Shown: positions 39,353-50,687, numbered from the stretch's first letter. The stretch: 64,000 nt of DNA from an uncultured Actinomycetota bacterium (GCA_963712425.1 CAVQHW010000001.1:296721-360720), one strand, 5' to 3'. Program-made: numbers and translations. Notes: generated by a model from the letters alone, not told the origin.

Positions 39353-40411
39353 ATGATGGGGTCTGTGGATCTCTTGATCGTCGATGCTGCCGGCAGCCCT
39401 CGAGAGTTGGGTCGCGCGCATGGCGAGCAGGCCCGTGACGTCATCGCGTCAGGGCTCGAGCGGTGGCGCGACGAGCTCGCCCGCGGCGGGGTGGACGCGG
39501 AGACGCTCTGGAAGGGGCTGTCGCGCGAGTCAGGGTTTCGGGACGCCGCCGCGCGGTGGGCTCCGCACCTGCTGGCTGAGGTGGAGGGCATCGCCGAGGG
39601 AGCGAACGCCGACCCCGACGCGGTCTTCGCGACGAACTGTCTCGACGAGGCGTGGTGGTGGGGTGAGTTGGGTTCCGGTTGCAGTGCCGTTGCCTTCGTA
39701 GACCGCGGCCAACGCCCGATCATCGGGCAGAACATGGACCTCGACACCTGGATGGATACGACACAGGTTGCCCTGCGGTTGCAGCCATCCGAAGGACCTG
39801 CGCAGGTGTTGCTCAGCCGGGCCGGCATGGTTGGCCTGTGCGGAGCGAACGAGGCGGGCGTCGGCGTGGTCGTGAACACCCTCGACACGCTGCCTTCTGC
39901 GATGGACGGGCTGCCGGTGGCGTTCGTCATCCGACTGCTGGCTCAGCAAACGTCGGTGGACGCCGTTGAGCCTGCGCTGCGGAGTGTGCGGCACGCCTCG
40001 GGTCAGGCGTACACCGTGGCGTCGGCCGACGGCGAAGTCGCCGGGTACGAGGCAGGCGGTGACCATGTGGCGTCCTACGGCAACGACGTCGATCGTCCCG
40101 GCGCGCGGTGGCACACGAATCACCCACTCGCGGGCACCTACGGCGCGAGCGTCGGCGATGACTGGGCCGCGTCGTCCACGGTGCCGCGATTCGAGCGAGT
40201 GACCGCGGCGATGGACAGCATGGAGTCGACCGACGACCTGAAGGCTGTGCTGTCGGACGGTGATGCCGGCGTGTGCATGTATCCCGGTCGTTGGCGTGAC
40301 GACGGGTTCACCTTTGGTTCTGTGGTGATGGAGCTGGGGTCTCCCCCGTCGGTGCAGATCGCACCAGGCCCACCCGATCGGACGCCGTACGTCGACGTGC
40401 CGTTCGCCTAG
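39353..40411 (+). CDS. Peptidase C45 / acyl-CoA:6-APA acyltransferase-like Ntn hydrolase
   Basis: ELGRAHG, EVEGIAEGA, autoprocessing GCSA, IGQNMD, GANEAGV, HTNH. Confidence 0.85.
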   Translation: MMGSVDLLIVDAAGSPRELGRAHGEQARDVIASGLERWRDELARGGVDAETLWKGLSRESGFRDAAARWAPHLLAEVEGIAEGANADPDAVFATNCLDEAWWWGELGSGCSAVAFVDRGQRPIIGQNMDLDTWMDTTQVALRLQPSEGPAQVLLSRAGMVGLCGANEAGVGVVVNTLDTLPSAMDGLPVAFVIRLLAQQTSVDAVEPALRSVRHASGQAYTVASADGEVAGYEAGGDHVASYGNDVDRPGARWHTNHPLAGTYGASVGDDWAASSTVPRFERVTAAMDSMESTDDLKAVLSDGDAGVCMYPGRWRDDGFTFGSVVMELGSPPSVQIAPGPPDRTPYVDVPFA

Positions 40412-40429
40412 CTCGGGGTTGGCGGGTCG

Positions 40430-41269
40430 TTACATCTCTTCGTTGGTGTCGGGGTCTCCGCCCCAGAGCCTGCCGTCGGGTCTACCCAATGACGTGATCG
40501 CCGCCATCTCGGCTTCGGTCAGCGCGAAGTCGAACACATCGGCGTTCTCTCGCTGCCGATCCTCGGTGCCGGACTTCGGTAGCGGGACTGCACCCAACTG
40601 CACATGCCATCGCAGCACGATCTGGGCAGGCGTGCGGCCGTACTTCAGAGCGGGCTTGGTCACAGCGTCCTCGGCGAATGCGCGCGCCTCACCAAACGGG
40701 CTCCAGCTCTCGGTGACGATGCCGAGCTCGTCGTGGACGCGGCGCAGCTCGACCTGCGGATAGCGAGGATGCAACTCCACCTGGTTGACCGCCGGGACGA
40801 CACCTGTGACGTCGACGATCTCGCGCAGGTGGCGCTCGGTGAAGTTCGAGACACCGATCGAGCGGACGCGTCCTTGCGCCTGCAGTTCAACCATCGCGCG
40901 CCAGGTATCCACGTACCGCTCATGCCGTGGCATTGGCCAGTGAATGAGATAGAGGTCGACCCGTCCAAGACGCTCAATGGAGCCTTCGAACGATCGCATC
41001 GTCTCGTCATAGCCGTGGTCACGACCGGGGATCTTGGTCGTCACGACCAATGCGTCAGTCGCGCTACCGGCATGGGCAATGGCCTCACCGACCTCACGCT
41101 CGTTGCGGTAATTCACCGCCGAGTCGAGCAGTCGGTAACCCACCTCGACCGCATGCTCGATCGCGGTCACCGCCGTCGGGCCATTCAGCCGGTACGTGCC
41201 GAACCCGAGCGCGGGCAGCCGTGTCGCGTCGTTCAGCTCAAGCGTCGGGATGGAGATCTCGGCTGTCAC
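40430..41269 (-). CDS. Aldo/keto reductase (2,5-DKG reductase-like)
   Basis: GFGTY, LDSAVNYRNE, TTKIPG, YLIHWP, IGVSNF, NQVELHP, PKS. Confidence 0.93.
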   Translation of the reverse strand: MTAEISIPTLELNDATRLPALGFGTYRLNGPTAVTAIEHAVEVGYRLLDSAVNYRNEREVGEAIAHAGSATDALVVTTKIPGRDHGYDETMRSFEGSIERLGRVDLYLIHWPMPRHERYVDTWRAMVELQAQGRVRSIGVSNFTERHLREIVDVTGVVPAVNQVELHPRYPQVELRRVHDELGIVTESWSPFGEARAFAEDAVTKPALKYGRTPAQIVLRWHVQLGAVPLPKSGTEDRQRENADVFDFALTEAEMAAITSLGRPDGRLWGGDPDTNEEM

Positions 41270-42525
41270 AGCTTCCCCTCACGCAGTCGACCGAACTGAG
41301 CCAACGCCGCCCGGTCGGTGAGTGACGCCACCTGGTCGACCACTGTCCTGAGCCGCCCCGCGTCATCGGCGGATGCAGCAAACGATGTGGCAAAGATCGG
41401 TTCAAGCGTGTTGGGGGCGCCGAGCAGCATCAGGTGCGCCAACTCAGCGACGATCTCGCGCTGGTGCGCATAGTTCTCAGGTGCTCCCGGTCGCAGCATC
41501 ACGTACTGCGCGGTGATCGCCTTGAGTACCGCGCACTCGGCGCGAACGGACGCCGGCACCATCAGCTCGGCCGCATAGCGACGCAGGGGACCGCGTCCGA
41601 ACCGATCCACGGTGGCCTGCTCGGCAGCCACACAGAACCGGCCGATCAGCTCGCTGGTCGTGCCCTTCAGATGTGCCATGGCCTGGTGACTCTCGTCATA
41701 GTCACGTGGCCAGTACGGCAGCGCAATCAGCCGATCGAGCGCGGCCTCTAGCTCATTCCATTCGAAGGTTTGCGCATAGCGCTCTTGGGTGAGGTCGAGC
41801 AGCGCCTTGCGGTCAGTCGAGTTGCGAAGCGAGGCCAATGGAAGGTGTCCGGCGTGCACCGCGTCTTCGAGGTCGTGCACCGAGTACGCAATGTCATCCG
41901 CCCAGTCCATGACCTGCGCTTCGAGGCAGCGCTTCTCGCCTTCGGCCGACGTACGCACCCACTCGAAGGCCGCAAGGTCGTCGGCGTACACGCCGTACTT
42001 GGGACGGTCGGGCATGCGTGGCCATGGGTACTTCGTCGCTGCGTCGAGCGTCGCGCGCGTGAGGTTCAGGCCGACACTCTCACCGTCGTCGTCGATCACT
42101 TTCGCTTCGAGCCGAGTCAGGATGCGCAAGGTCTGAGCGTTGCCCTCGAACCCTCCACACGACTGCGCCACCTCATCGAGAGCCTGCTCGCCGTTGTGGC
42201 CGAACGGCGGGTGACCCAGGTCATGTGCGAGCCCGGCCGTCTCGACAAGGTCGGGGTCGCATCCGAGCACCTGGCCCAACTCACGTCCGATCTGAGCCAC
42301 CTCAAGCGAGTGCGTCAACCGGGTGCGCGGAAAGTCGCTCTCCCACGGCACGACCACCTGCGTCTTAGCGGCGAGACGTCGCAACGACCATGAGTGCAGG
42401 ACGCGGGCACGGTCTCGGGCGAATGGGCTCCGCCTGGCGTTCTTGCCGTGCTCGGCGACTCGGCGCGCGACGTCCACCTCGGTGTATTGCTCGGACGCGA
42501 CGGCGCCGACTGCTTGCTGACTCAC
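41266..42525 (-). CDS. dgt: Deoxyguanosinetriphosphate triphosphohydrolase
   Basis: RDRARVLHS, KTQV, RTRLTHSLEV, HDLGHPPFGHNGE, EGNAQ, KYPW, DDIAYSVHD. Confidence 0.96.
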   Translation of the reverse strand: MSQQAVGAVASEQYTEVDVARRVAEHGKNARRSPFARDRARVLHSWSLRRLAAKTQVVVPWESDFPRTRLTHSLEVAQIGRELGQVLGCDPDLVETAGLAHDLGHPPFGHNGEQALDEVAQSCGGFEGNAQTLRILTRLEAKVIDDDGESVGLNLTRATLDAATKYPWPRMPDRPKYGVYADDLAAFEWVRTSAEGEKRCLEAQVMDWADDIAYSVHDLEDAVHAGHLPLASLRNSTDRKALLDLTQERYAQTFEWNELEAALDRLIALPYWPRDYDESHQAMAHLKGTTSELIGRFCVAAEQATVDRFGRGPLRRYAAELMVPASVRAECAVLKAITAQYVMLRPGAPENYAHQREIVAELAHLMLLGAPNTLEPIFATSFAASADDAGRLRTVVDQVASLTDRAALAQFGRLREGKL

Positions 42526-42569
42526 GCTGCGACCCTACGCGAGCGGTACCCAGCCATCAGGGCCAAGTC

Positions 42570-45260
42570 TCAGCGGGTGTCGCTCGCATCTGATCCGATC
42601 GCGGCTCGCCCTGCTTCGAGCCGAGCGATGGGGACGCGGAACGGTGAGCACGACACATAGTCGAGACCCCACTCGTGGAACATGTGCACCGACGCAGGGT
42701 CTCCCCCGTGCTCGCCGCACACTCCGAGCTCCATCGACGGACGCGCTTCGCGGGCAGCGGCGACGGCCATGCGGATGAAGGCGCCGACTCCGTCAGCGTC
42801 GATCGTCTCGAACGGCGACGTCTGAAAGATGCCGGCGTCCAAGTAGCTGGTAAAGAACGCACCCTCGACGTCGTCGCGCGAGAACCCCCACGTCGTCTGC
42901 GTCAAGTCGTTGCTGCCGAACGAGAAGAACTCGGCGACGTGCGCCAACTCACCCGCGCAGAGGCAGGCACGCGGCAGCTCGATCATCGTGCCGATCGGGA
43001 TCGCCAGGTCGACGTCTCGCTCTTCAGCCACCGCCGCGATGACGTTCTCGGCTTCGGTGCGCACGAGCGCCAACTCGGCGCGTGTGGCAACGAGCGGCAC
43101 CATGATCTCGGGCATCGGGTTGCCACCGGCGTCGATGCGGTCGGCGGTGGCCTCAGCCATGGCCCGCACCTGAAGCCCATACAAGCCAGGGAGCACGAGA
43201 CCCAAACGCACCCCGCGCATGCCCATCATCGGGTTGGCCTCGTGCATCTGACGGACCGCGTCCAGCAGCTTGTGCTGCTCGCTGTCGCGGTTGCCGCGGA
43301 GATCTTCGAGGGCAACCTGCACGGACAGCTGGGTGAAGTCAGGCAAGAACTCGTGCAGGGGTGGATCAAGCAGCCGCACGATCACTGGCAGCCCGTCCAT
43401 CGCCTCGAGCAGCTCGGTGAAGTCTTGGCGCTGTAGCGGCAGCAACTCCTCGTACACCATCGCCCGCTCGGCGTCGGTTTTCGACAACACCAGTCGTGCG
43501 ACCAACTGCTTACGCTCACCGAGGAACATGTGCTCGGTGCGTGCCAAACCGATGCCGGACGCCCCCATGCGTCGTGCCCGCACGGCGTCCTCTCCGGTGT
43601 CGGCGTTCGCGCGCACACCCAGCCGTCGGACGTCATCGGCGTGCCGCATGAGTCGGTCTACGGCGTCAACCACGGGGTCGTTGCCTTGGCGCGCACCCCC
43701 TGGCGACTCCAGCGCCTCGACCACTGGCGATGAGACGACGGGAACCTCACCAAGGAACACTGCGCCCGCCATGCCATCGAGCGACACTGCGTCGCCCTCT
43801 TTGAGCACCATGCCGTTCGGGCCAGTCGCAGTTCGGGCCAGCTCGTCGACGACGAGGTCTTCAACACCGACGACACATGGTTTGCCCATGCCGCGCGCCA
43901 CCACTGCCGCGTGCGAGGTCTTGCCACCGCGACTGGTGAGGATTCCTTGCGCCGCAATCATGCCGCCAAGGTCATCGGGGTTGGTCTCACGACGAACGAG
44001 GACGACCTTCTCTCCGCCCGCTGCGCGTACCGCAGCGCGTTTGGAGTCGAACACCGCACGTCCGACGGCCGCCCCCGGTGACGCCGCAACGCCCTTCACC
44101 CACGGGGCACCGACGCGTCCGGAGTCGACCTGAGGAAACATCAGCCGCGCCAGTTGAGCGCCACTGACACGCGTCAATGCCTCGTCGAGATCGATGAGGC
44201 CCTCATCGACAAGCGTCACAGCGATGCGGAAAGCCGCTTCGGGCGTTCGCTTTCCGATGCGGGTCTGCAGCATCCAGAGCCGACCCTGCTCGATGGTGAA
44301 CTCGATGTCGCAGAGATCCCGGTAGTGAGCCTCGAGAATACGCATGATCTTCATCAGCTCGTCGTGTTGCTCGGGCTGGCGTTCCTTGAAGTCGTCGAGC
44401 GTCAACGTGTTGCGGATGCCGGCCACGACGTCCTCGCCCTGTGCGTTGGGCAGGTAGTCGCCATACGCACCTGCCGCACCGGTCGCTGGGTCGCGCGTGA
44501 AGGCAACACCAGTACCGCTGTCTTCGCCGCGGTTGCCGAACACCATCGCCATGACGTTCACGGCGGTGCCTAGGTCGTCGGGGATCGCCTCTTGTCGCCG
44601 ATACAGGCGCGCACGCCTGCCATCCCACGATCGGAACACCGCGAACACTGCTTCGTCGAGCTGCTCGAACGGGTCTTGCGGAAACTCTCGCCCTGATGCA
44701 TCGAGGATGGCCGCCTGATACTCCGTGACCACCTGACGCAGTTGATCGGCGGTCAGGTCGATGTCACGGATCGCACCGGCGTCCGCCTTGGCCTTCTCGA
44801 GCACAGTGTCGAAGCGGGACGCCTGGACGTCGAGCACGGTACGTCCGAACATCTGGAGCAGGCGCCGGTAGGAGTCCCACGCGAACCGCTCATCGCCCGT
44901 GGCCGCGGACAAACCCTCGACGGTCTGGTCGTTCAGTCCGATGTTCAGGACCGTCTCCATCATTCCGGGCATCGAGAACTTCGCCCCCGAGCGCACCGAG
45001 ATCAGCAACGGCGACTCGGAGTCACCCAGGCGGCGTCCAATCTCGCGTTCGAGCTGAGCCAGGTGGGCGCGAATCTCTTCGCCAAGGCCCTCTGGGGCTC
45101 GGCCCCGAGAGCGATAGGCGCGGCAAGCGTCAGTGGTAATGGTGAACCCGGGAGGCACCGGAAGCCCCAGAGCTGTCATCTCGGCCAGGTTCGCGCCCTT
45201 GCCGCCCAATAGGTCTCGATCGTTCTTGCTGCCTTCAGCGAACCCGTACACGTAGCGCAT
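42570..45260 (-). CDS. ppdK: Pyruvate, phosphate dikinase
   Basis: LGGKGANLAEM, SVRSGAKFSMPGMM, GGKTSHAAVVARG (phospho-His), GLARTEHM, FSFGSNDLTQ, CGEHGG. Confidence 0.98.
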   Translation of the reverse strand: MRYVYGFAEGSKNDRDLLGGKGANLAEMTALGLPVPPGFTITTDACRAYRSRGRAPEGLGEEIRAHLAQLEREIGRRLGDSESPLLISVRSGAKFSMPGMMETVLNIGLNDQTVEGLSAATGDERFAWDSYRRLLQMFGRTVLDVQASRFDTVLEKAKADAGAIRDIDLTADQLRQVVTEYQAAILDASGREFPQDPFEQLDEAVFAVFRSWDGRRARLYRRQEAIPDDLGTAVNVMAMVFGNRGEDSGTGVAFTRDPATGAAGAYGDYLPNAQGEDVVAGIRNTLTLDDFKERQPEQHDELMKIMRILEAHYRDLCDIEFTIEQGRLWMLQTRIGKRTPEAAFRIAVTLVDEGLIDLDEALTRVSGAQLARLMFPQVDSGRVGAPWVKGVAASPGAAVGRAVFDSKRAAVRAAGGEKVVLVRRETNPDDLGGMIAAQGILTSRGGKTSHAAVVARGMGKPCVVGVEDLVVDELARTATGPNGMVLKEGDAVSLDGMAGAVFLGEVPVVSSPVVEALESPGGARQGNDPVVDAVDRLMRHADDVRRLGVRANADTGEDAVRARRMGASGIGLARTEHMFLGERKQLVARLVLSKTDAERAMVYEELLPLQRQDFTELLEAMDGLPVIVRLLDPPLHEFLPDFTQLSVQVALEDLRGNRDSEQHKLLDAVRQMHEANPMMGMRGVRLGLVLPGLYGLQVRAMAEATADRIDAGGNPMPEIMVPLVATRAELALVRTEAENVIAAVAEERDVDLAIPIGTMIELPRACLCAGELAHVAEFFSFGSNDLTQTTWGFSRDDVEGAFFTSYLDAGIFQTSPFETIDADGVGAFIRMAVAAAREARPSMELGVCGEHGGDPASVHMFHEWGLDYVSCSPFRVPIARLEAGRAAIGSDASDTR

Positions 45261-45370
45261 AACGCCTCCCCAGGGTTCTATGACCTAGACCCACCGTAGT
45301 CGCGTGCCTACCACCACGCCCGGGCCATAGGGCCCATCATGGTCATGCCCAATGGACGCAAGGAGCATGC

Positions 45371-47099
45371 ATGAGCACCGATCTCGCTGAAGAGACCGAC
45401 CAGCCAGCAGCGCCCGAACCGGACGGTAAGAAGAAGGGGCGCCTGCGGGCAAGGCTGCGCCGGGCCTTCACGTACGACTTTGCCGGCATTGCCGTCGCCT
45501 TCTTCTTCGCTTGGCTGTCGTTCACCCCGAGTTTGATTCCGCGTTCGGCGTTGTTCCAGGGGCTGGTCGCAGGCGTCGCCGGAGTCATGGGCTACGTCGT
45601 CGGCTTGGGCATCCGATGGGTGGTCGTGCAGTTCACCGATCGACGGCCAACGACCGCTACGTGGCGGCGGCTCTGGATCGGGCTTTGGATTGTCGGTCTG
45701 ATCGGCACGATCATCGCCATCGCTCTTGGCGAGATGTGGCAGACCGAACTGCGCGACCTGATGGGTCTGACTGACCAAGCACTCCCTGCGTATGGGCTCG
45801 TCGGTGTTGCTCGCCGTCGTGGTCTTCGTCCTGTTCATCGGAATCGGCCGTGTCGTGCGCGACATCTACCGCTGGGTGATGCGCATGCTCCAGAAGATCC
45901 TGCCGGTGAAGATCGCCAAAGGCTTGGCCTTCGTGGTCGTCGCGTTCGCGATCATCGCGTTGGTTGACGACGTCATTTTGGCGCGCACCCTCAGTGTCAT
46001 CGACCAGGTGTTCGCCACCGCGAATCGTGAGTCATACCCCGACACCGGTGAACCGACCGGAAACAACGTCTCAGGTGGCCCGGCTTCGACGGTCACGTGG
46101 GCTTCACTCGGCCGCACCGGCCGTGACTATGTCGCGGGCACGCCAACGGCGGGACAGATTGAAGACTTCAGCGGCACCGATGCGATGGAGCCGATCCGGG
46201 CCTATGCCGGCCTGGAGTCAAGTGACGATGCGCAGACCCGATCACAGATCGCCGTCGAAGAACTCACCGCTCTTGGAGGCTTCGACCGCGAGGTTCTCAT
46301 CATCGGTAACAGCACCGGCAGTGGTTGGGTCGACGACCAAGCCCTATGGCCGTTGGAGTTTATGTACAACGGCGACACCGCCGTCATCGCTACGCAGTAC
46401 TCGTACCTACCCAGCTGGCTGTCATTCCTCGTTGACAAGTCGCGTGCACAAGACTCTGGGCGCGCGTTGTTCGATGCGGTCTACGGCACGTGGTCTGAGA
46501 TGCCGCGCAAGACGCGTCCCAAGCTCGTGATCTTCGGCGAGAGCCTTGGGTCATTTGGCGGTGAAAGTGCGTTCAGCGGCGCCGTTGACATGTCTATCCG
46601 CACGGACGGCATCGTGTTCATGGGGCCAGTTGCCGACAACCGTCTGTCGCAAGAGTTCATCGAGGGTCGCGACAAGGGTTCCCCCATGTGGCAGCCGGTG
46701 TTCGAGAACGGCGAGATCGTCCGGTACATCGCCGACACCGAGAACATCGATGACCTCCCCGGCGACTGGGACGGCACGCGGGTGATGTACATCCAGCACG
46801 CGTCCGACCCCGTCTCGTGGTGGACACCCAACCTGCTGCTCTCCGAGCCAGGGTGGTTAGAAGAGTCACCTGGCCCTGATCGATCCGGGTCGATGCGGTT
46901 CATTCCCTTGGTGACGTTCTTCCAGGTGTCCGCTGACCTCGCGGTCGCGAACTCCGTGCCGTACGGCCACGGTCACAAGTTCGGGCTGATCTCTGTGGAT
47001 GCATGGGCAGAGGTACTACCACCGCCCGGATGGACCGAATCAGACAGCGATGCGTTGCAGACGTACCTCGAGGAGAACCCGCCATACCCGGTCAGCTGA
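45371..47099 (+). CDS. Membrane alpha/beta-hydrolase family protein (Abhydrolase_9-like); frameshift at about 45800
   Basis: SFTPSLIPR N-terminal TM region; SLGRTGR, PIRAYAGL, TGSGWV, QYSYLPSW, FGESLG, QHASDP, GHGH. Confidence 0.85.
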
Positions 47100-47112
47100 C
47101 CCACGGGTCGCG

Positions 47113-48240
47113 CTAGCCGCCTGACACGTCCAACTCGGCTTCTGCGCCTAGTAGCGCGGTGGCGCGGTCGTTGAGCCAGCCGTCGGGCAGCACGACTCGA
47201 CGCGGTGAACCCTGGCGTCCGCGTGGAACGCCGACCTCGGACGGCGGAAACGGCTGCTCTTTGTCAATCTGCGAGAGCAGCGCGTCAAGCTCAGTGAGCG
47301 ACGACACCTTGCCAAGCGCCGAACGCACGTCACCGCCGACCACAAAGCCCTTGAAGTACCACGCCATGTGCTTGCGAAGGTCGGTCAGGCCCCGGGGCTC
47401 TCCCATCAGCTCAGCCAGCAGCTCGCCATGGCGGCGGACCATCGCGGCAACTTCGCCGAGGTCAGGTGGTGGCGATTGGGGTTGGCCGGTGAAGACGGCT
47501 GCCAGGTCGCGGAACAGCCACGGTCGGCCAAGGCACCCGCGTCCGACAACGACACCGTCGCACCCAGTTTCGGCCATCATGCGGACCGCGTCGGCGGCCT
47601 CCCAGATGTCTCCGTTTCCGAGCACGGGGATGCCGACGTGTTGCTTCAGCGCCGCGATGGCCGTCCAGTCGGCGGTTCCCGAGTAGTGCTGGTCGGCGGT
47701 GCGGCCATGCAGGGCGATGGCCGCGCATCCGGTGTCCTCGGCGATAGCTCCCGCATCGAGGTAGGTCAGGTGATCGCGATCGATGCCCATGCGGGTCTTC
47801 ATCGTGATCGGGACGCCGTAAGGCTCAGCGGCGCGGACCGCTTCGGTGAGGATGGCGCGCAACAGGTCGCGCTTCCACGGTAGTGCGGCACCCCCTCCCT
47901 TGCGGGTGACCTTGGGCACCGGGCACCCGAAGTTGAAGTCGACGTGGTGCACACCAAACTCACCGACCAAGATCCGCACGGCGTCCCCGACATGCCGCGG
48001 GTCGACGCCATACAGCTGCACGGATCGGGTTTGCTCGAGGGGGTCGAACGCCAGCATCGACAGAGTCTTGGGCTGCCGTTCGACCAGGCCGCGACTCGTG
48101 ATCATCTCGCAGACGTACAGCCCGGCACCCTGCTCTGCGGCGAGCCGCCGAAACGCTGCGTTGGTGATCCCAGCCATCGGCGCAAGCACCACCGGAACCG
48201 CAACCTCGACCGACCCGATCCGCATCGTGCGCTCCCCCAC
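47113..48240 (-). CDS. dusB: tRNA-dihydrouridine synthase
   Basis: LAPMAGIT, CEM, VQLYG, NFGCP, GGAAL, LHGRT, GNGDI, VGRGCLGRPW. Start approximate. Confidence 0.95.
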   Translation of the reverse strand: MGERTMRIGSVEVAVPVVLAPMAGITNAAFRRLAAEQGAGLYVCEMITSRGLVERQPKTLSMLAFDPLEQTRSVQLYGVDPRHVGDAVRILVGEFGVHHVDFNFGCPVPKVTRKGGGAALPWKRDLLRAILTEAVRAAEPYGVPITMKTRMGIDRDHLTYLDAGAIAEDTGCAAIALHGRTADQHYSGTADWTAIAALKQHVGIPVLGNGDIWEAADAVRMMAETGCDGVVVGRGCLGRPWLFRDLAAVFTGQPQSPPPDLGEVAAMVRRHGELLAELMGEPRGLTDLRKHMAWYFKGFVVGGDVRSALGKVSSLTELDALLSQIDKEQPFPPSEVGVPRGRQGSPRRVVLPDGWLNDRATALLGAEAELDVSGG

Positions 48241-48248
48241 CCCTTTCA

Positions 48249-48283
48249 CAAGAACGACGCATTCACCCGTCCACACCGAACAA
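48249..48283 (+). repeat. Dispersed ~35-bp intergenic repeat, copy B
   Basis: caagaacgacgcattcacccgtccacaccgaacaa matches 17019-17053. Confidence 0.7.
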
Positions 48284-48322
48284 ACTATGGGTCCATCCGA
48301 CGGTGACTAGGCGCCACCCGCG

Positions 48323-48790
48323 TCAAACGTGAACTGGTCTGTCGTCTCGGGCCCCGTCTGTCGCGGTAGCACCAGTGTCGGTCACCTTCGGCCAGGTCCA
48401 CGCGTAGTAGATGACACCGGCCAGCAAAGCGACCTCAACAAGGCTGCCAAGGATGTAGTAGTTCCACTCGCCGATCGCGCCTCCCGCGATCGTCAAGGCG
48501 TAGAGGGCTGCCATGACGATATTCGCTGCTCGCGTGATCCTCACCGGCAGGACGAGGCTGAGGAACAGCATCAAACTGGGAATCACGACGTAGATGGTCA
48601 CTCCGAGCAAGAATCCTTGCCCAATGGTGAACGCGAAGACCTCGCCGGCTTCGATGTCTGCACGTACGTCGCCTCGGTACAGACTAAACAGGTCCACGTA
48701 CGCAAAGATGAACAGCATGGACGCCCACAGCGCGGCTATCTTGACGCGTGGGTTGATCCAGTAGTCCTGGTAGCGGGTCGTGGCAGACAT
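48323..48790 (-). CDS. Membrane protein, DUF6326-like
   Basis: KIAALWASMLFIFAYVDLFSLY, IPSLMLFLSL, YAWTWP. Confidence 0.75.
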   Translation of the reverse strand: MSATTRYQDYWINPRVKIAALWASMLFIFAYVDLFSLYRGDVRADIEAGEVFAFTIGQGFLLGVTIYVVIPSLMLFLSLVLPVRITRAANIVMAALYALTIAGGAIGEWNYYILGSLVEVALLAGVIYYAWTWPKVTDTGATATDGARDDRPVHV

Positions 48791-48917
48791 GATGTCCCCC
48801 AAGAGGCTCTTCGGGGCTGCGGCCCCCGATGCCGGGACACGGAGGACTCCGCCTCCAACTCAAGGCTTCTCCGTCGTTCCCCGATTCGGCAGAGGCGTTG
48901 GTCCCACCGCGCTTGGG

Positions 48918-50297
48918 CTAGAAGGGCGGGAGGTGGGGCGTGACGTAGTCGATCAGTTGATCGATGGCGACGCGTTCCTGCTTCATCGAGTCACGTTCGC
49001 GCACGGTCACCGCCTGGTCTTCCAGCGAGTCGAAGTCGACGGTGACGCAGAACGGTGTTCCAACCTCGTCTTGCCGCCGGTACCGACGACCGATCGCACC
49101 CGCATCGTCAAAGTCGACGTTCCAGCGCTTACGCAGCGCGGACGCCACATCGCGGGCCTTCGGTGACAGGTCGGCATTGCGCGACAGCGGCAGCACCGCG
49201 ACCTTGACGGGAGCTAGCCGAGCGTCGAGTCGCAACACCGTGCGCTTGTCGACACCGCCCTTGGCGTTCGGCGCCTCGTCTTCGGCGTACGCATCGAGCA
49301 AGAACGCCAACATCGCCCGGTTCACACCAGCGGCCGGTTCGATCACATACGGATACCAACGCTCGTTCGACTCTTGGTCGAAGAACGACAGATCCTGGCC
49401 GGACGCCTCAGCGTGCGCCTTCAAGTCAAAGTCGGTTCGATTTGCAATACCTTCAAGCTCGCTGAACTCTTGCCCACCGAAGTTGAAGCGGTACTCGATG
49501 TCGACCGTTCGCTTGGAATAGTGCGACAGCTTCTCGGCAGGGTGTTCATAGAGCCGAAGGTTGTCCGGCGAAACCCCGAGGTCGGTGTACCACGCCAAGC
49601 GATCGTCGATCCATTGCTGGTGCCACTCTTCGTCACTACCGGGCTTGACGAAGAACTCCATTTCCATCTGCTCGAACTCGCGGGTGCGAAAGATGAAGTT
49701 GCCTGGCGTGATCTCGTTGCGGAACGACTTGCCAACGTTGGCAATACCAAAGGGCACTTTGCGTCGCGACACCAACTGCACATGTGGGAACGAGATGAAC
49801 AGCCCTTGCGCCGTCTCAGGTCGCAAGTAGGCAACACCCGAGCCGTCTTCAACCGCACCCAACTCAGTCTTCAGCAGACCGTTGAACATCTTCGGCTCAG
49901 TGAACTGACCCTTGTTGCCGCAGTTCGGGCAGTTCACCTCTGCCAGAGACTCGGGCGGTCGCTTGTGCTTCGCCTCGAATGCCTCAGCCAAGTGGTCGGC
50001 GCGAAATCGCTTGTGACACGACGTGCACTCGGTGAGCGGGTCAACGAACGCCGAGACGTGCCCAGACGCCTCCCACACCTCGCGAGCCAAGATGACCGAC
50101 GTGTCGACGCCCACCACGTCGTCGCGTTCACGCACCACGGCCTGCCACCACTGACGCTTGACGTTCTCTTTGAGCTCGACGCCGAGGGGGCCGTAGTCCC
50201 ACGCCGCACGCTGCCCGCCGTAGATCTCTGAACTCGGAAAGACAAGACCCCGGCGCTTACACAGGGAAACGACAGAATCGATCAGATCGGCGGCCAC
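48918..50297 (-). CDS. glyQS: Glycine--tRNA ligase (alpha2 type)
   Basis: [71 protein letters not shown]. Confidence 0.98.
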   Translation of the reverse strand: MAADLIDSVVSLCKRRGLVFPSSEIYGGQRAAWDYGPLGVELKENVKRQWWQAVVRERDDVVGVDTSVILAREVWEASGHVSAFVDPLTECTSCHKRFRADHLAEAFEAKHKRPPESLAEVNCPNCGNKGQFTEPKMFNGLLKTELGAVEDGSGVAYLRPETAQGLFISFPHVQLVSRRKVPFGIANVGKSFRNEITPGNFIFRTREFEQMEMEFFVKPGSDEEWHQQWIDDRLAWYTDLGVSPDNLRLYEHPAEKLSHYSKRTVDIEYRFNFGGQEFSELEGIANRTDFDLKAHAEASGQDLSFFDQESNERWYPYVIEPAAGVNRAMLAFLLDAYAEDEAPNAKGGVDKRTVLRLDARLAPVKVAVLPLSRNADLSPKARDVASALRKRWNVDFDDAGAIGRRYRRQDEVGTPFCVTVDFDSLEDQAVTVRERDSMKQERVAIDQLIDYVTPHLPPF

Positions 50298-50306
50298 CCG
50301 GCAAGG

Positions 50307-50687
50307 TTATCGGGAGCGATCAATGGTTCCGGCATCGGAGGCAAGGTCTCCGGACGCCGCCCGTTCACCCTTCGCATCGACGGTGAACAGCACCTCGAAC
50401 GCCGTCGGCTCATCGATCGCCTGCGACAGGAACGGGACGCCATGCAGCTTCATCTCGTATGCCGAAAGCGCTCGCCGGTAGTCACCCACCGAGTTCCACC
50501 TCGACGTCACCATCCAGATGGTCGGATCGTCGGACGTCCGACCGACGTCGACACCGCGACACCCCTCGAACCCAGCCATGAGCCGGGCGACTGCCGCGGC
50601 GTCCTCATAGAACGTGGTCGCGGCAGCTCCACTGTCTGACCCATCCGCTGGCACCGAGAACCGCATGACGACGACCCACTCATTCAT
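50307..50687 (-). CDS. Antibiotic biosynthesis monooxygenase (ABM) family protein
   Basis: GRTSDDP..WMVTSRW.SVGDYRRALSAYEMK...PFL...IDEPTAFE; usual neighbour of glyQS. Confidence 0.8.
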   Translation of the reverse strand: MNEWVVVMRFSVPADGSDSGAAATTFYEDAAAVARLMAGFEGCRGVDVGRTSDDPTIWMVTSRWNSVGDYRRALSAYEMKLHGVPFLSQAIDEPTAFEVLFTVDAKGERAASGDLASDAGTIDRSR

